64,000 nucleotides of DNA. It comes from Scyliorhinus canicula (lineage: Eukaryota). The notes below the pieces were generated by a model. It was given only the letters and a program-made list of their open reading frames with translations. It had not been told where the DNA came from and did not search any database. Where the stretch lies: the NCBI RefSeq assembly GCF_902713615.1, contig NC_052164.1, positions 83,055,830 to 83,119,829 of the forward strand, in the 5' to 3' direction. Positions 49,875-62,814 of the stretch are shown piece by piece; the first letter of the stretch is position 1; every line of letters begins with the position of its first letter. A program made the position numbers and the translations under genes.

Positions 49875-52800
49875 AACATAGAACATAGAACATAGAACAT
49901 AGAAAAATACAGCACAGAACAGGCCCTTCGGCTCACAATGTTGTGCCGAAGTTTTGTCCTAGATTAAGAACAAATCAATGTACACCCCAGCATTCTACCG
50001 TAATCCATGTACCTAACCAATAGCCGCTTGAAAGTCCCTAATGTTTCCGACTCAACTACTTCCACAGGCAGTGCATTCCATGCCCCCACTAATCTCTGGG
50101 TAAAGAACCTACCTCTGACACCCCCTATATCTTCCACCATTCACCTTAAATGTATGTCCCCTTGTAATGGTTTGTTCCACCCGAGGAAAAAGTCTCTGAC
50201 TGTCTACTCTATCTATTCCCCTGATCATCTTATAAACCTCTATCAAGTCGCCCCTCATCCTTCTCCGTTCTAATGATAAAAGGCCGAGCACCCTCAACCT
50301 TTCCTCGTAAGACCTACTCTCCATTCCAGGCAAAATCCTGGTAAATCGCCTTTGCACCTTTTCCAAAGCTTCCACATCCTTCCTAAAATGAGGCGACCAG
50401 AACTGCACACAGTACTCCAAATGCAGCCATACCAAGGTTTTGTACAGCTGCATCATCACCTCATGGCTCTTAAATTCAATCCCTCTGCTAATGAACGCCA
50501 GCACACCATAGGCCTTCTTCACAGCTCTATCCACTTGAGTGGCATCTTTCAAAGATCTATGAACATAGACCCCAAGATCTCTCTCCTCCTCCACATTGCC
50601 AAGAACCCTACCGTTAACCCGGTATTTCGCATTCATATTTGTCCTTCCAAAATGGACAACCTCACACTTTTCAGGGTTAAACTCCATCTGCCACTTCTCA
50701 GCCCAGCTCTGCATCCTATCTATGTCTCTTTGCAGCTGACAGCAGCTCTCCTCACTATCCACCAATCGTCGTATTGTCTGCAAATTTACTGACCCACCCT
50801 TCAACTCCCTCATCCAAGTCATTAATGAAAATCACAAACAGCAGAGGACCCAGAAATGATCCCTGCGGTATGCCATTGGTAACTGGGCTCCAGGCTGAAT
50901 ATTTGTCATCCACCACCAATCTCTGACTTCTATCGGTTAGCCAGTTCGTTATCCAACTGGCCAAATTCCCCACTATCCCATGCCTCCTTACTTTCTGCAT
51001 AAGCCTACCATGGGGAACTTTATCAAGTGCCTTACTAAAATCCATGTACACTACATCCACTGCTTTACCTTCATCCACATGCTTGGTCACATCCTCAAAG
51101 AATTCAATCATACTTGTGAGGCAAGACCTACCCCTCACAAATCCGTGCTGACTATCCCCAATCAAGCAGTGTCTTTCCAGATGCTCAGAAATCCTATTCC
51201 TCAGTACCTTTCCATTACTTTGCCTACCACCGAAGTAAGACTAACTGGCCTGTAATTCCCAGGGTTATCCCTATTCCCTTTTTTGAACAGTGAGGACGTA
51301 AAGATAATTGCCAACAGCTCTGAAATTTCATCTCTTGCTTCCCAGAGAATCCTTGGATATATCCCGTCAGGCCCGGGGGACTTGTCTATCCTCACGTTTT
51401 TCAAAGTGCCCAACACATCTTCCTTCCTAACAAGTATCTCCTCGAGCTTACCAGTCTGTTTCACATTGTCCTTTCCAACAAAATGGCCCCTCTCATTCGT
51501 AAATACTGAAGAAAAGTACTCGTTCAAGACCTCTCCTATCTCTTCAGATCAATACATAATTTCCCGCTACTGTCTTTGATTGGATCTACCCTCGCTCTCG
51601 TCATTCTCATATTTCTCACATATGTGTAAAAGGCCTTGGGGTTTTCCTTGATCCTACCCGCCAAAGATTTTTCATGCCCTCTCTTAGCTCTCCTAATCCC
51701 TTCCCGACCCAGCCTCCCCAGACAGGCGCCGGAATGTGGTGACTAGGGGCTTTTCACAGTAACTTCATTGAAGCCTACTCGTGACAATAAAGCAATTTTC
51801 ATTTTCATTTTTCATTTCTTCAGTTCCCTCCTGACTATCTTGTATCCCTCCAGCGCCCTGTCTGAACCTTGTTTCCTCAGCCTTACATAAGTATCCTTCT
51901 TCCTCTTAACAAGATATTCAACCTCTCTTGTCAACCATAGTTCCCTCACACGACCATCTCTTCCCTGCCTGACAGGGACATACATATCAAAGACACGCAG
52001 TACCTGTTCCTTGAACAAGTTCCACATTTCACTTGTGTCCTTCCCTGACAGCCTATGTTCCCAACTTCTGCACTTCAATTCTTGTCTGACAGCATTGTAT
52101 TTACCCTTCCCCCAATTGTAAACCTTGCCCTGTTGCACACAACTATCCCTCTCCATTACTGAAGTAAAGTCACAGAATTGTGGTCACTATCTCCAAAATG
52201 CTCCCCCACTAACAAATCTATCACTTGCCCTGGTTCATTACCAAGTATTAAATCCAACATGGTCTCCCCTCTGGTCGGACAATCTACATACTTAGAAAAG
52301 CTTCCTGGACACACTGCACAAACACCATCCCATCCAAACTATTTGATCTAAAGAGTTTCCACCCAATATTTGGGAAGTTGAAGTCACCCATGACTACTAC
52401 CCTGTGGCTTCTGCACTTTTCTAAAATCTGTTTCCCAATCTGTTCCTCCACATCTCTGCTGCTATTGGGGGGCCTATAAAAAACTCCCAACAAGGTGACT
52501 GCTCCTTTTTAAGGCTGAGGAAACAAGGTTCAGACAGGACGCTGGAGGGATACAAGATAGCCAGGACGGAACTGAAGAACCCATACTACCTCAGTAGGCA
52601 GATCCTCCTTGAACTGCCTTTCTGCAGCTGTTATACTATCTCTAATTAACAATGACACCCTCCACCTCTTTTACCACCCTCCCTAATCTTATTGAAACAT
52701 CTATAACCAGAAACCTCCAACAACCATTTCTGCCCCTCTTCTATCCAGGTTTCCGTGATGGCTACCACATCGTAGTCCCAAGTACCGATCCATGCCTTAA
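49875..52800 (-). mobile_element. Second CR1-clade LINE (5'-truncated, degenerate)
   Basis: (CATAGAA)n at 49875-49905; ORFs 50109-52493 homologous to 46299-49158. Confidence 0.92.
51700..51815 (+). mobile_element. 5'-truncated SINE with (TTTCA)n tail inside CR1
   Basis: Same 3' sequence as 18292-18400 in opposite orientation. Confidence 0.8.
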
Positions 52801-53249
52801 GCCAACGTCAAAAGAAATTTCTCACCCACCTCCTCTTTCAAAATCTGAAACTTCTCTTCTGGTAAAATTAGAAACAAAAACTGTTGATCACTACATCCAG
52901 GTATGACAGAATAGGCTTGCCAGTCTACTGACAGTTCCCTTACTAACACTGTTTTCTTCGATGTGCCATAGCATGTAGTAGTTTTGGCTTTGTACTCGTA
53001 TTTGCTAAACTTTCAATGACTTTTGGAAAGCATCTATTTCTTCATAGTGCCAACAGCAATCATCATCCTTCCCTTGCAATTTGAGGTTCAGTTCATTTAG
53101 AATTGAAAAGATGTCTGCAAGGTATGATATAGTTATCATCCAACTCTCATTTGCCAGTACCTCTCTGCATATAACACATATGGGCTTTGCATTCTGATTT
53201 GCATTGGCACAATTAACAAAGACATACCTCAAGAAATACCTCAAGAAAT

Positions 53250-53430
53250 ATGTCCCTCAATCTTATGCCCTCTAATCTTGTTCGGTAACCTCTTTTGTGG
53301 GACCTTATCAAATGCCTTCTGAAAATCCAAATACACCACATCCCCTGGTTCTCCTTTATCTTTGCTACAGGTAACAACCTCAAAACTCTCCAACAAATTT
53401 ATCAAACCTGATTTTCCTTTCATAAATTCT
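53250..53430 (-). mobile_element. Short CR1 RT fragment
   Basis: DVVYLDFQKAFDKVP. Confidence 0.8.
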
Positions 53431-54920
53431 TGCTAGAGACATGTCCATTAGCTGTAAGGGGACGTAAGCAGAGTAAATTCTATTACAAAATAAAGTTAGA
53501 TAGGTGTGCCTTAAAGACTGGATTCAAAACATGGGCAACATTTCTTGTTCTAACAGCTTTGTTAATCTTCATGCGTGATTTAAGAAAGTCATGTTTGATT
53601 GGCGGTGCCATTGGCTGGGTAAGTGATGTTTGCCATCTGAGTTATTGTTAGACTTTCTGCAAGTGAGGTGCCGTTCCTCCCATGGGTTGTAAATGTAACA
53701 AATGAACCATCAAAGTCTAGAAGCAACGTTCCTTAACTATTGTTATCCTCAGAGCAATTATTTATGATCGGCTTATAGTTTATTTTCATCTTTTGAACTA
53801 TTGGGCAAATATTTATCTTGTGCGTGATACATGCAAATGTGCAATAATTCTTAATTAATATACTGTTGATCATACTGGAATATGCATAATTTAATGGAAT
53901 TTGCATCTCAAACATTGGTGTTTTTAGTATCTTATTAGGAACTTGTCATTATTTAAAAGGTATGAGGCTAGAATTTCCTCAGGCATTATGGTTATCCCAT
54001 GCGGAAGGTTATGTAAACATTCTAATATGTTTGTCTTTGGGATAACTGAAGTACAAATGATTTGCTAGGTAATATGTACATGTTCGTGAAAATATTCTGA
54101 ATTTGTTTTCTTGTTTTATTTGATTCATTAGTAATTAAAGAACTTATGTAGGAGCTCTTTAGGAGGTAGTTTAACATGAGGCTTTACAACAAAGATCAGT
54201 GAAAATCACAATTATTTTACAAATGAGGGCAGCATCACAACCCTCAGGAGATGTACTTGAAAAATAATTAGTCAATTGCAAAGGTCTAATTTATGGATAC
54301 CATCAGTAGAAATTCTTTTTTTTACATTTTTTCTTGATAAATGACAAAATAGAAGACTTAGGCAGGATGTTTCACCACAGGATGGGGGACTGGGAAAATC
54401 AGGGCAATGGTCTTGAATGGTTCTTGTCTCTTACTCAGCAAGTCTTCCACAATTTCCATCAATCTTGAATGCCATAAGATGGTTAAACTCAATAATGGGA
54501 AAGTGAGTTTTGTTTAAACAGATTCACAATGATTTCCGTTTCAAAAGACGACACTGACTTAGTCATCCAACATTTTGGTGCTATTAAAAAGATTATCTGG
54601 CAGAGGCATCATGAAAATACAGCAGATTCTCATAAACAGGAATTCCTTTCTTACAAACATCCAAGACGATTCAAGATTTTGTTTAACTACGTTTTAACTT
54701 CTGCCAATAATTAGACCTGCAAGGACATCCTTTCCCCAAGGAAGAATCCAAATTTGAAGCATCAGAGAACGTTTCTCATAATAAACAGACTCACATGGGG
54801 ATTAGAAGTTAGAAACTTGCAACAAAGCTCAGCTTATGTCCTTTGACATTAGTCACCATGCGGCATGATTGACAAATGTACACTTAAATAAGATGATGCA
54901 TTACTTGATCCCATTTTTAT

Positions 54921-55066
54921 AGTAAGAAGTCTTACAACACCAAGTTAAAGTCCAACAGGTTTGTTTCAAATCACTAACTTTCGGAGCACAGCTGTTGGAC
55001 TTCAACCTGTGTTGTAAGACTTCTTACTGTGCTCACCCCAGTCCAACGGCGGCATCTCCACATCAT
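54921..55066. mobile_element. Inverted Penelope pseudo-LTR fragments
   Basis: Arms 54921-54958 and 54992-55028 are reverse complements and match 20000-20100. Confidence 0.8.
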
Positions 55067-56211
55067 GGCTACTTTTAAAGAATTAACAAGCATCTGGTGA
55101 ATCAAGATTTTATAGGTAGATTGAGAGCTATGTCCAACACCAGCAATTCTTGAAAGCAAAGGTGTTGTGGAAGAAATAATATTACTTTTTATTTTGTGAC
55201 TGGATTTTAAAGTTGACTTTGAAATATGCTGCAAAGAAAGACACAGGATGTGGACAGCACAAGTATGTTCAAAAGTAAACAAAATAAAGTACAATAACAA
55301 CATGATCGATGCAGGAAATAAATAATTATTGCATTGTAATATAATCGAGAAATGTTTTAGAGAAAAAATATATTTTGGTGAATACGACCCTGAAAACATC
55401 TGAACAATGTCAATTATCATTTCAAACTTCTAAATATTAGATATAATCCTGAAATATTCAGGATCACCACTATCTACTTGTTTTATTTAAACTGTGTATT
55501 ATTTAGTCTAATTTCAATAAAGGGCTCTTTTTCCTTTTTATCTTTGTTGCTGTTTGGAAGCAATCTCGCTCATTAGTGAATCCTCTGGGCATACTTCTTG
55601 CATCTCATTATCCCTCACAAATAAGGTCATCATTGCCTCAAGTATAAACAAAAGGAACTGTAGGCACCAGAAATCTGAACTAAAAGTGGAATGTGTTGGA
55701 ATGCATAACAGCTCAATCAACAATGCGAAGAAAAAAGACAAATATTTTGAATATAGACCAACAATTAGACATGCAAGGACATCCTTTCCCCAAGGAAGAT
55801 TCCAAATTTGAAGCATTAGAGAACGTTGATCATAATAAGCAGATTCACATGAGGATTAGTTTGCCCAATCAAGTGCTGGCAAAGCTGCTGTGTATTTCTA
55901 CCATTTTCAGTAATGCAAACAGCTTTTCTCTCTTCTTTCACATGCTATTTTCTCTTCAGATATTGCCTGCAATCGAAGTGAGACCTCCTGCTTAACTTGA
56001 CATTCATATGCCATGAAGGCACTCTTGGAAAGCAAACTATTTAATGTCTGTGCAACACCAATTAATTAAAAAGGACAACAATTAATTCAAACAACGCCTG
56101 TACAAAATAATCATTCTAAGTATTAATTTACAAACTCATTCTATACTTGCAGGTTTTATTAACATGCTTACATTTGAAGAGGGGGCAATATAAGCAAATT
56201 AGGACACTTAC

Positions 56212-56367
56212 TTTCTCATTTGTTATTCTGAGGCAATCTAGGAATAGTACTGTATCCATTCTGAGGGGTTGTCTCAAACCAAACGATCGCTACTTCTTTG
56301 GAAACAGTTTACGGGCAATTTCTCACCACTTTGGCCAGGAGCGGATTAGAATGGATTTAAAAGTTTG
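56212..56367 (-). other. Candidate 156-bp internal exon of the divergent transcript
   Basis: Acceptor tttctctctttgcaatcag and donor AAA|GTAAGT; internal ATG opens MDTVLFLDCLRITNEK to the donor. Confidence 0.45.
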
Positions 56368-56637
56368 CTGATTGCAAAGAGAGAAATAGATTATGCATCA
56401 ACTAAATATAAGGAGTGGGTGGTTTGGGTTCTTACAGAATCTCTACTCGATCTTAAAGAATTTCTAATTACATTCGCTGATCCAATCATTGCTAATTATT
56501 TTAAAACATGAACTCCAATGTTAGAAATGTAGCACTAATACTGAAAATAGTCCAGAATAGATTAGAGTGGAATTCAGAAAGCATGACAAAAACATTTGTT
56601 AACAAATTACATATTATGGATATTAATCAAAATTTTA

Positions 56638-56960
56638 TCATAGAATCATAGAATTTACTGTGCAGAAGGAGGCCATTTGGCCCATCGGATCTGCACCTGC
56701 CCTTCGAAAGAGCACCCTACTTAAACCCACGCCTCCACCGTATTTCCCGTAACCCAGTAACCCCACCTAAACGTTTTGGATACTTAAGGCATGGCCAATC
56801 CACCTAACCTGCACATCTTTGGACTGTGGGAGGAAACCGGAGCACCCGGAGGAAACCCACGCACACGGGAAGAACGTGCAGACTACACACAAACAGTGCC
56901 CCAAGCCGGGAATCAAACCTGGGAACTTGGGCTGCAAAGCAACTGTGCTACCCACTGTTT
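56638..56960 (-). mobile_element. HE1-type V-SINE
   Basis: V-domain and CR1-like (TTCTATGA)n tail. Confidence 0.88.
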
Positions 56961-57475
56961 GAATGTAGACAGTGCTCATTTCTACAAAATATCTGATAAT
57001 ATTGTACATAATAAACTCCACTTTTTTCATATCATTTATACATCAGGAAATTATTGACTTATAAAAACTAGCTTCAGCACAAATCTGTTACTTTGGGAAA
57101 CATGACCTTGCTGACTTCTGTTCCTGTATGTGAGCAAATATCAAAGTTCAACATAAACTGGGTTAACATAAATTTAGTTAGAAAGCAAGATGTATAAGTA
57201 GATTGTGGTGAATGTAAGTGCCGCTGTGCAGCATCCAGGTATCCAAAGAAAATTAAAATTGCATAAAAACACAAGTATGTATATTCTTGAGCACAATGTC
57301 ACGATCCCAGTTGATGTTATAACTGGACGGGAAGATCCCAGAATAGAACCCTTGCTCAAAAGACTGTACTTTTAAAAATATAACCAATAATTAGTTTTGA
57401 CAACAAACATGAAAAAATTGGATTATGATACAAAACTCCTTTAGCTAAAATACCCCTTAGCTTAACACCCTTTAA

Positions 57476-57780
57476 GGGCGTCATGGTGGCACTGTGGCCA
57501 GCACTACTGCCTCACAGGGCCAGGGACCTGGGTTCAATTCCAGCCTTGGATGACTGCGTGGAGTTGCACTTTCTCCCCTTGTCTGCGTGGGTTTCCTTCG
57601 AGTGCTCTGGTTTCCTCTCACAGTCCAAATACATGCAGGTACGTAGATTGGCTGTTCTAAATTTCCCATTAGGTTGGGTAAGGTTGCAGGGATGGTGTGA
57701 GCTGCTCTTTCAGAGGGTCTCTGCAGACTTGATGGGCTGAATTCCTCTCCTGAACTGTAGGGATTCTATGATTCTATGAA
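57476..57780 (+). mobile_element. HE1-type V-SINE (older)
   Basis: tRNA head, V-domain, gattctatgattctatg tail. Confidence 0.85.
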
Positions 57781-58076
57781 TTACACTCAGATTTCAGGAT
57801 TTACATGGATTACAATGTACATCTTAATCTACATTAGTCCCATTAATACAAAGTCCCTTTTAAGCGCACAAGAAGACTGTGGGAAAATACACTCTCCACT
57901 CTGAATCTCAAGTTAATGTTGGTGGATGTCTCCTCAGAATCTCCCCAGATGATTGTCATGTGAGAGTTTCCAAACTCCACTCCTAAAAACACATTTAAAA
58001 ATCTTCTCTCATAATTATGCTTTTGTTTAATGCTTTGCATTCCAAAATCCAGACCACATTTTCCAGATTATACTCC

Positions 58077-58670
58077 TGTAATGAACTCCAATTGGCTTTA
58101 TTGGTTGGCCAATTGGAGTATGAGCTCCCTCAATGAGATATCATTGAGGGGGCCCATATAAGCACCTGTGTAGGCTTTGTGAGCCAGTATTAAGTTGACT
58201 GGACTGCTAGCAGCACTGTTTGGAGCTGCTCCTGTAATATCGTTATTGTAAATAAATATTGGTGTGGTGACGGAACACCTACCTCCCGTGGATTACTACA
58301 GTGGCGAAGAGGTAAACTAAGAATTTTGCGGAGACCAGCTGCCGCACTCGGAAAGTAAGCCTTGCCATTTTAAAAATGCCGTTTTTTGGGAGGTTAGAGG
58401 CATTCGACCCGGCTATTGAGGACTGGTCCCAGTATGTGGAGAGAATGTGTTACTTCTTCCGGGCAAATGATATACTGACGGATGAAAGGAGACGGCTTAT
58501 CCTGCTGTCGGCATGCGGACCCTCAGCTTTCACCATTATACATAGTCTGACTTATCCCGATGCGCTGGACATGAAAACTTTCCAAGAAGTAACGGAATTG
58601 GTGAAAGAGCACTACGACCCAAAACCACCCCGCATTTTGCATAGGTGCAGATTCTACACAGCGAAGCGGG
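58077..58670 (+). mobile_element. Gypsy 5' LTR (58077-58300), PBS and truncated gag
   Basis: TGTAAT..ACTACA, PBS TGGCGAAGAGG, gag MPFFGRLEAFDPAIEDWSQYVERMCYFFRAN. Confidence 0.88.
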
Positions 58671-59014
58671 TTCAACCTATAGTCTATTTTTTGTCATATA
58701 CTCTCCATATACATTTGTGATTTAAAGTGTGGAAACATTACTTATTTGGATTAATGAATTTGATGAATTTTAGTCTGCAGCAAAACGTTAAATTAAAAAT
58801 TACTTGAAAACTGAAAATGCAATTTTACATGGTCACCCTGTCTGTGCCAAACGTTTGAAGATGCAAAAACAAAGTAGTGGCTCTCCCTAATCTGCCCACC
58901 TTTTATGTTAATTCTTTCAAGTAATGGCAAGCGATAATAGGTGCCACTTCAGTACTTCATCGACATTGGGCACTAAATATTAATTTAATGAGTTAATTTT
59001 CTTTAATTTTTATG

Positions 59015-60205
59015 TTACAACAACAGAAATGTATTTTTATACAGTGCCTTTAATGCAATAGAACACCCAAGACACTTCACAGCAGTGAAGTATGACAATG
59101 GGCCTCAAAGGGAGATATTAAGTCATATGACCAAAACTTACTCAGAGGTAGCTTTTAAGAAGTGTTTTGAAGGAGAAAAGTTAGAATCCTTACAGGGAAG
59201 AAAGAGGCCATTTGGTCCATCGAATCTGCAGCGACCTTCTAAAAGAACTCTCTACTTAGGCCTATCCCGCACATTCATCATGGCTAATCCACCTTATCTA
59301 CACATCTTTGGACACTAGGAAGCAATTTATCATGGCCAATCCACCTAACCTACACATCTTTTGGACTGTGGGAGGAAACTGGAATACCCAAAGGAAACCC
59401 ATGCAGACACAGGAAGAATGTACAAACTCCACACAGTCAGTAACCCAAGGCCGTAGTTGAACCCGGGTCCCTGGTGCTGTGAGACAGCAGTGCTAACCAC
59501 TGTGCCACCGTGTTGCCTTGTTGTTGGGAGGCTTTTCCAGAGTATGGGGTTTTGGCAACTGAAGGCATGGCTATCCGTGGTGGAGCAATTAAGATTGCAG
59601 ATGCACAGAGGTCAGAAGGACACAGATATCTCAGAGGGTTCTACGACTGGAGACGATTGTAGAGATAGAGAGGGTGAGATTGTGGGAGATTTGAAAACCA
59701 ACGTGAGGATTTTAAAAACGAGATGTTGTTGAAGGTGTTGCTAATGTAAGTCGGTAAGTTCAGGAGTGGTGGTGGAATGGGATTTGCTGCAAATTAAGAC
59801 ATAGGTAGCTGAGTTTTTGATAACCTCAAGTTTACAAAGGATAGAATTTGGCAGATCAGCCAGGAGTATGTTAGAATTTTTAAGTCCGGGGCAGCATGGT
59901 GGCGCATGAGGTAGCACTGCTGCCTCACGGCTTAGGACCAGAGTTCGATCCTGGCCCTGTGTCACTGTCCATGTAGAGTTTGCACATTCTCCCTGTGTCT
60001 GTGTGGATCTCACCCCTACAACCCCAAGATGTGCAGGGTGGGTGTATTGGCTGCGTTAAATTGCCCCTTAGTTAAATTTTTTTTAAAAAAAGGAATTGTT
60101 AAATCTAGAGGTAACCAAGGCATGAATGAGGGTTTCGGCAACAGAGGAGCTGAGCTGGGGCAATGTTACGGAGGAGGAAATAGATGGTCTCAGTGATGGC
60201 ATGGA
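59015..60205 (-). mobile_element. Old L2-like LINE 3' fragment interrupted by two SINEs (59180-59517 minus; 59887-60090 plus)
   Basis: acaacaac..ttttatacagtgcctttaa 3' end; minus-strand SNILLADLPNSILCKLEVIKNSA; SINE A/B boxes. Confidence 0.65.
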
Positions 60206-60423
60206 TATTATACAGTTTAATACAGTACTTTATTAACGGCGCTTATACTTTATGAAATTGATAACACCTGTCAATCATAGTTGGTATAAAACTGGCAGCA
60301 AACGCTTCACGTCCCTCCTTCAAGGGGCACAACCGTGCAGCAAATTTAAGAATAACGTTAGAAACAAAAATCGAAATCTGTTCTGGCCTTTGATGAAGCG
60401 GGTCCACCTCTCCCTGCACTTAC

Positions 60424-60490
60424 CTGGCCTGTGGGGAAGGCGGGCAGCATCCATCCATCCTCCTCTGGTGCTCCGTTGCCATGGTGCCCT
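60424..60490 (-). other. Candidate first exon of a divergent transcript
   Basis: Consensus donor CAG|GTAAGTG at 60424/60423; GCACCATGG start context giving MATEHQRRMDGCCPPSPQA. Confidence 0.55.
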
Positions 60491-60588
60491 GTTGCCCTGG
60501 CGCGGTCGCTCAGGGTTACTGCATCCTGGTGACCAAGCTGCGGTCTCCGCGCAGGCGCGCTCTCCGCCCCCGAGCAGCGGCATTCAAG

Positions 60589-60646
60589 ATGGCGGGAGTG
60601 CACTGGGCGTCGATGCTTCTTGGAGTTGTCCTCCTCCTGGCGGAGA
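60589..60646 (+). CDS. First coding exon of a host gene: signal peptide MAGVHWASMLLGVVLLLAE (gene unidentified)
   Basis: Kozak AAGATGG, hydrophobic 19-codon stretch, phase-1 donor GA|GTAAGT at 60647. Confidence 0.8.
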
Positions 60647-62814
60647 GTAAGTACCAGGCACCGGGGCGAACAACGCTCCGTATCCTCAGATCTTGAATTC
60701 CCACCCGCATCTTTTACAGGATTTGTACTTTGAAAGTTTTTTTAAATCATCGTGTGTGTTAGATTTTAAGTCATCTCACGGTCCTGGCGACCGAGCTGCA
60801 CATTTCTCCGTTCCGTTAGTTTTGCCCCTCAACAGGTTTTCCTTTAAAATCTCGGCTGAAAATACCTCAAACTCTTTGACTGAGATGCTTCTCCAAGAAA
60901 ATCTTCCTTCTGGGCGAACCTGGACCAAGAAGCAGTTTCCTAACGTTTTAAAAATCCTACTGAGGGTGTGGGGGAAATGAGAATGAAGTGTTGAAAGTTG
61001 AGCGTGTGCATGTCTCATTTCGCCACTTTTAAAACATTTTATTTGTTTTTCACATAGTTATAATTGTTTCAAATTCAATGGACGGATTTTTTTTGGGAGT
61101 AAGCACCATCTGGATGTCTTCCAGTACAAATGTTGCAAGATGCCTGCTTCAAGGAAGGCATTCTAAATAAGTTAACTTGTTTCCCCCTGAGTGGGTCATT
61201 AACTATTTGTGTTTTCTAAGTATGGATACTGTTGTTGACTTTTGCTCTGGGTTTTAATTCCTGACTTGGATGTGATCAGCCCTCACAAAATGTGCTCTTT
61301 GCAGCCTCAAACAAAATGCATGCCAAATTATTCACTAACTCCTTTTTCCCACCCACCAAAAAACCCCTTTCTGAACATTTTAGTAACACTATTAAGTTGC
61401 CATTAGATTTCACTGGTGAAATATGTATTGTAATTTTATCACAGCGTTTAATTGTTTCACCACTCATTCTGGATTGTTTTGGGACATTGGCCAAAATCAC
61501 ATTCCTTCTAACAACTGGCTGAAGTAAGATGGAAACCGAGCATCTACGGAGTGAGAAAATGGAGAATGTTCCTGATGAAAGGTTACCTACCCAAAGAGTT
61601 ATCTGTTTCTCGCTCCACATGATGCTGTCTGACTTGCTGAACTTGTCTGATGTCCTGCAACCTGCAGCATTTTGTATTGGTTGCAATAAGATCTTGTGCA
61701 AAACCTTTGTTATGGATAAAGATATGTCCGTCGATCTAAATTTCCCCATGAGTGAATAAGCCACTCAAATATACTGCAATATGAAAGTTTTATGCAGTAA
61801 CAAATCTAATAAAATGCACCTCAATCATAATGTAAATGTAAGGAGGTAAACTTAAGAGGGAAAAAAAGGCTAAACTTCACTTGTAAAAAGGTGTTTGCAG
61901 TACAGAGTGGAGCATTATGTGGTGTTTGGAGTTTATAGTACAATTCTAAAATCAACCTTTTAAGTATGCTGAGGGATTTCTATGGTTGTGATAATCAATT
62001 GCATTGTCTAATGTTGTTTCTAGGAGTAGTTACTGGCATTTTACAGTAATTTTCTAGTAACATTAAAGGTGTAATTACTGGTCCAAATTTTGGGCAATGT
62101 TTCTGTTGCTCGACCCCTGTCTCGCTGGTATAGCAGCCTTGTTTAGGAGAGAACCATACAAGGATCTGGGTGCTGATACAGACATAGACCTTTTGCAACC
62201 ATTTCTCAAATGAAAAGAATCCCTATTACCTAAATACTTAAATTGGGCTTGGGTAGTTACACAAGATGCATATAAAAGTGCATCTGTTATATTGTAAACA
62301 AAATGTTACACTGCACTTGATTTATACCGAATATTAAATACATGGTATGAGACTACACTCTGCAGCAAATTAGAATATTGAGTATTGTTTAATTCTTCAT
62401 ATTATTAAATATATCTGTTTTATATTAACTGGTAACCTGTTATAATAACTGCCTTTGCCCCTCTCATTCACTCCTATGTTCTCCTCTGCATTATTTGCTC
62501 TGCTTGAGTATACTGTAGTACGCCAGGGAGGTGGTGGCATAGTTGTCTTGTTGCTGGACTACTAATCCAGTGACGCAAGATAATAATCTGGGGAACCGGG
62601 TTTGAATCCCACTACGTCAGGTGATGGAATTTAAACTTAATAAAATATCTGAACCTGACATTATCATACACCTTTTCTGTTTTTTAAACTACCCAGGAAG
62701 CTCTAGATTTTAATACTCTTTCTTTCCCCACTGATGGTCGCAATGTGTTTAATTGGTCTTTACTCAATTGAATGAAGTTCTGATATTTTCTTCAGGACTT
62801 TGAGTTTTCAACAT

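Larger units (their letters stand above)
49745..53250 (-). mobile_element. hAT transposase remnant split by a CR1 insertion
   Basis: 49760-49870 matches 42490-42560; 52801-53244 YLADIFSILNELNLKLQG and CVICREVLANES. Confidence 0.75.
60395..60700. promoter_or_regulatory. CpG-island bidirectional promoter
   Basis: Non-repetitive CpG-rich block; X-box-like GTTGCCATGGTGCC (60475) and GTTGCCCTGG (60491), NRF1-like GCGCAGGCGC (60549), GC box, YY1-like CAAGATGGCGG (60585); splice donors facing outward on both strands. Confidence 0.8.

Noticed and set aside
55538-55995. ORFs 55538-55816 (-) and 55693-55995 (+) as host exons
   Set aside because: No splice boundaries or recognisable domains; the duplicated copy has a stop in the equivalent plus frame
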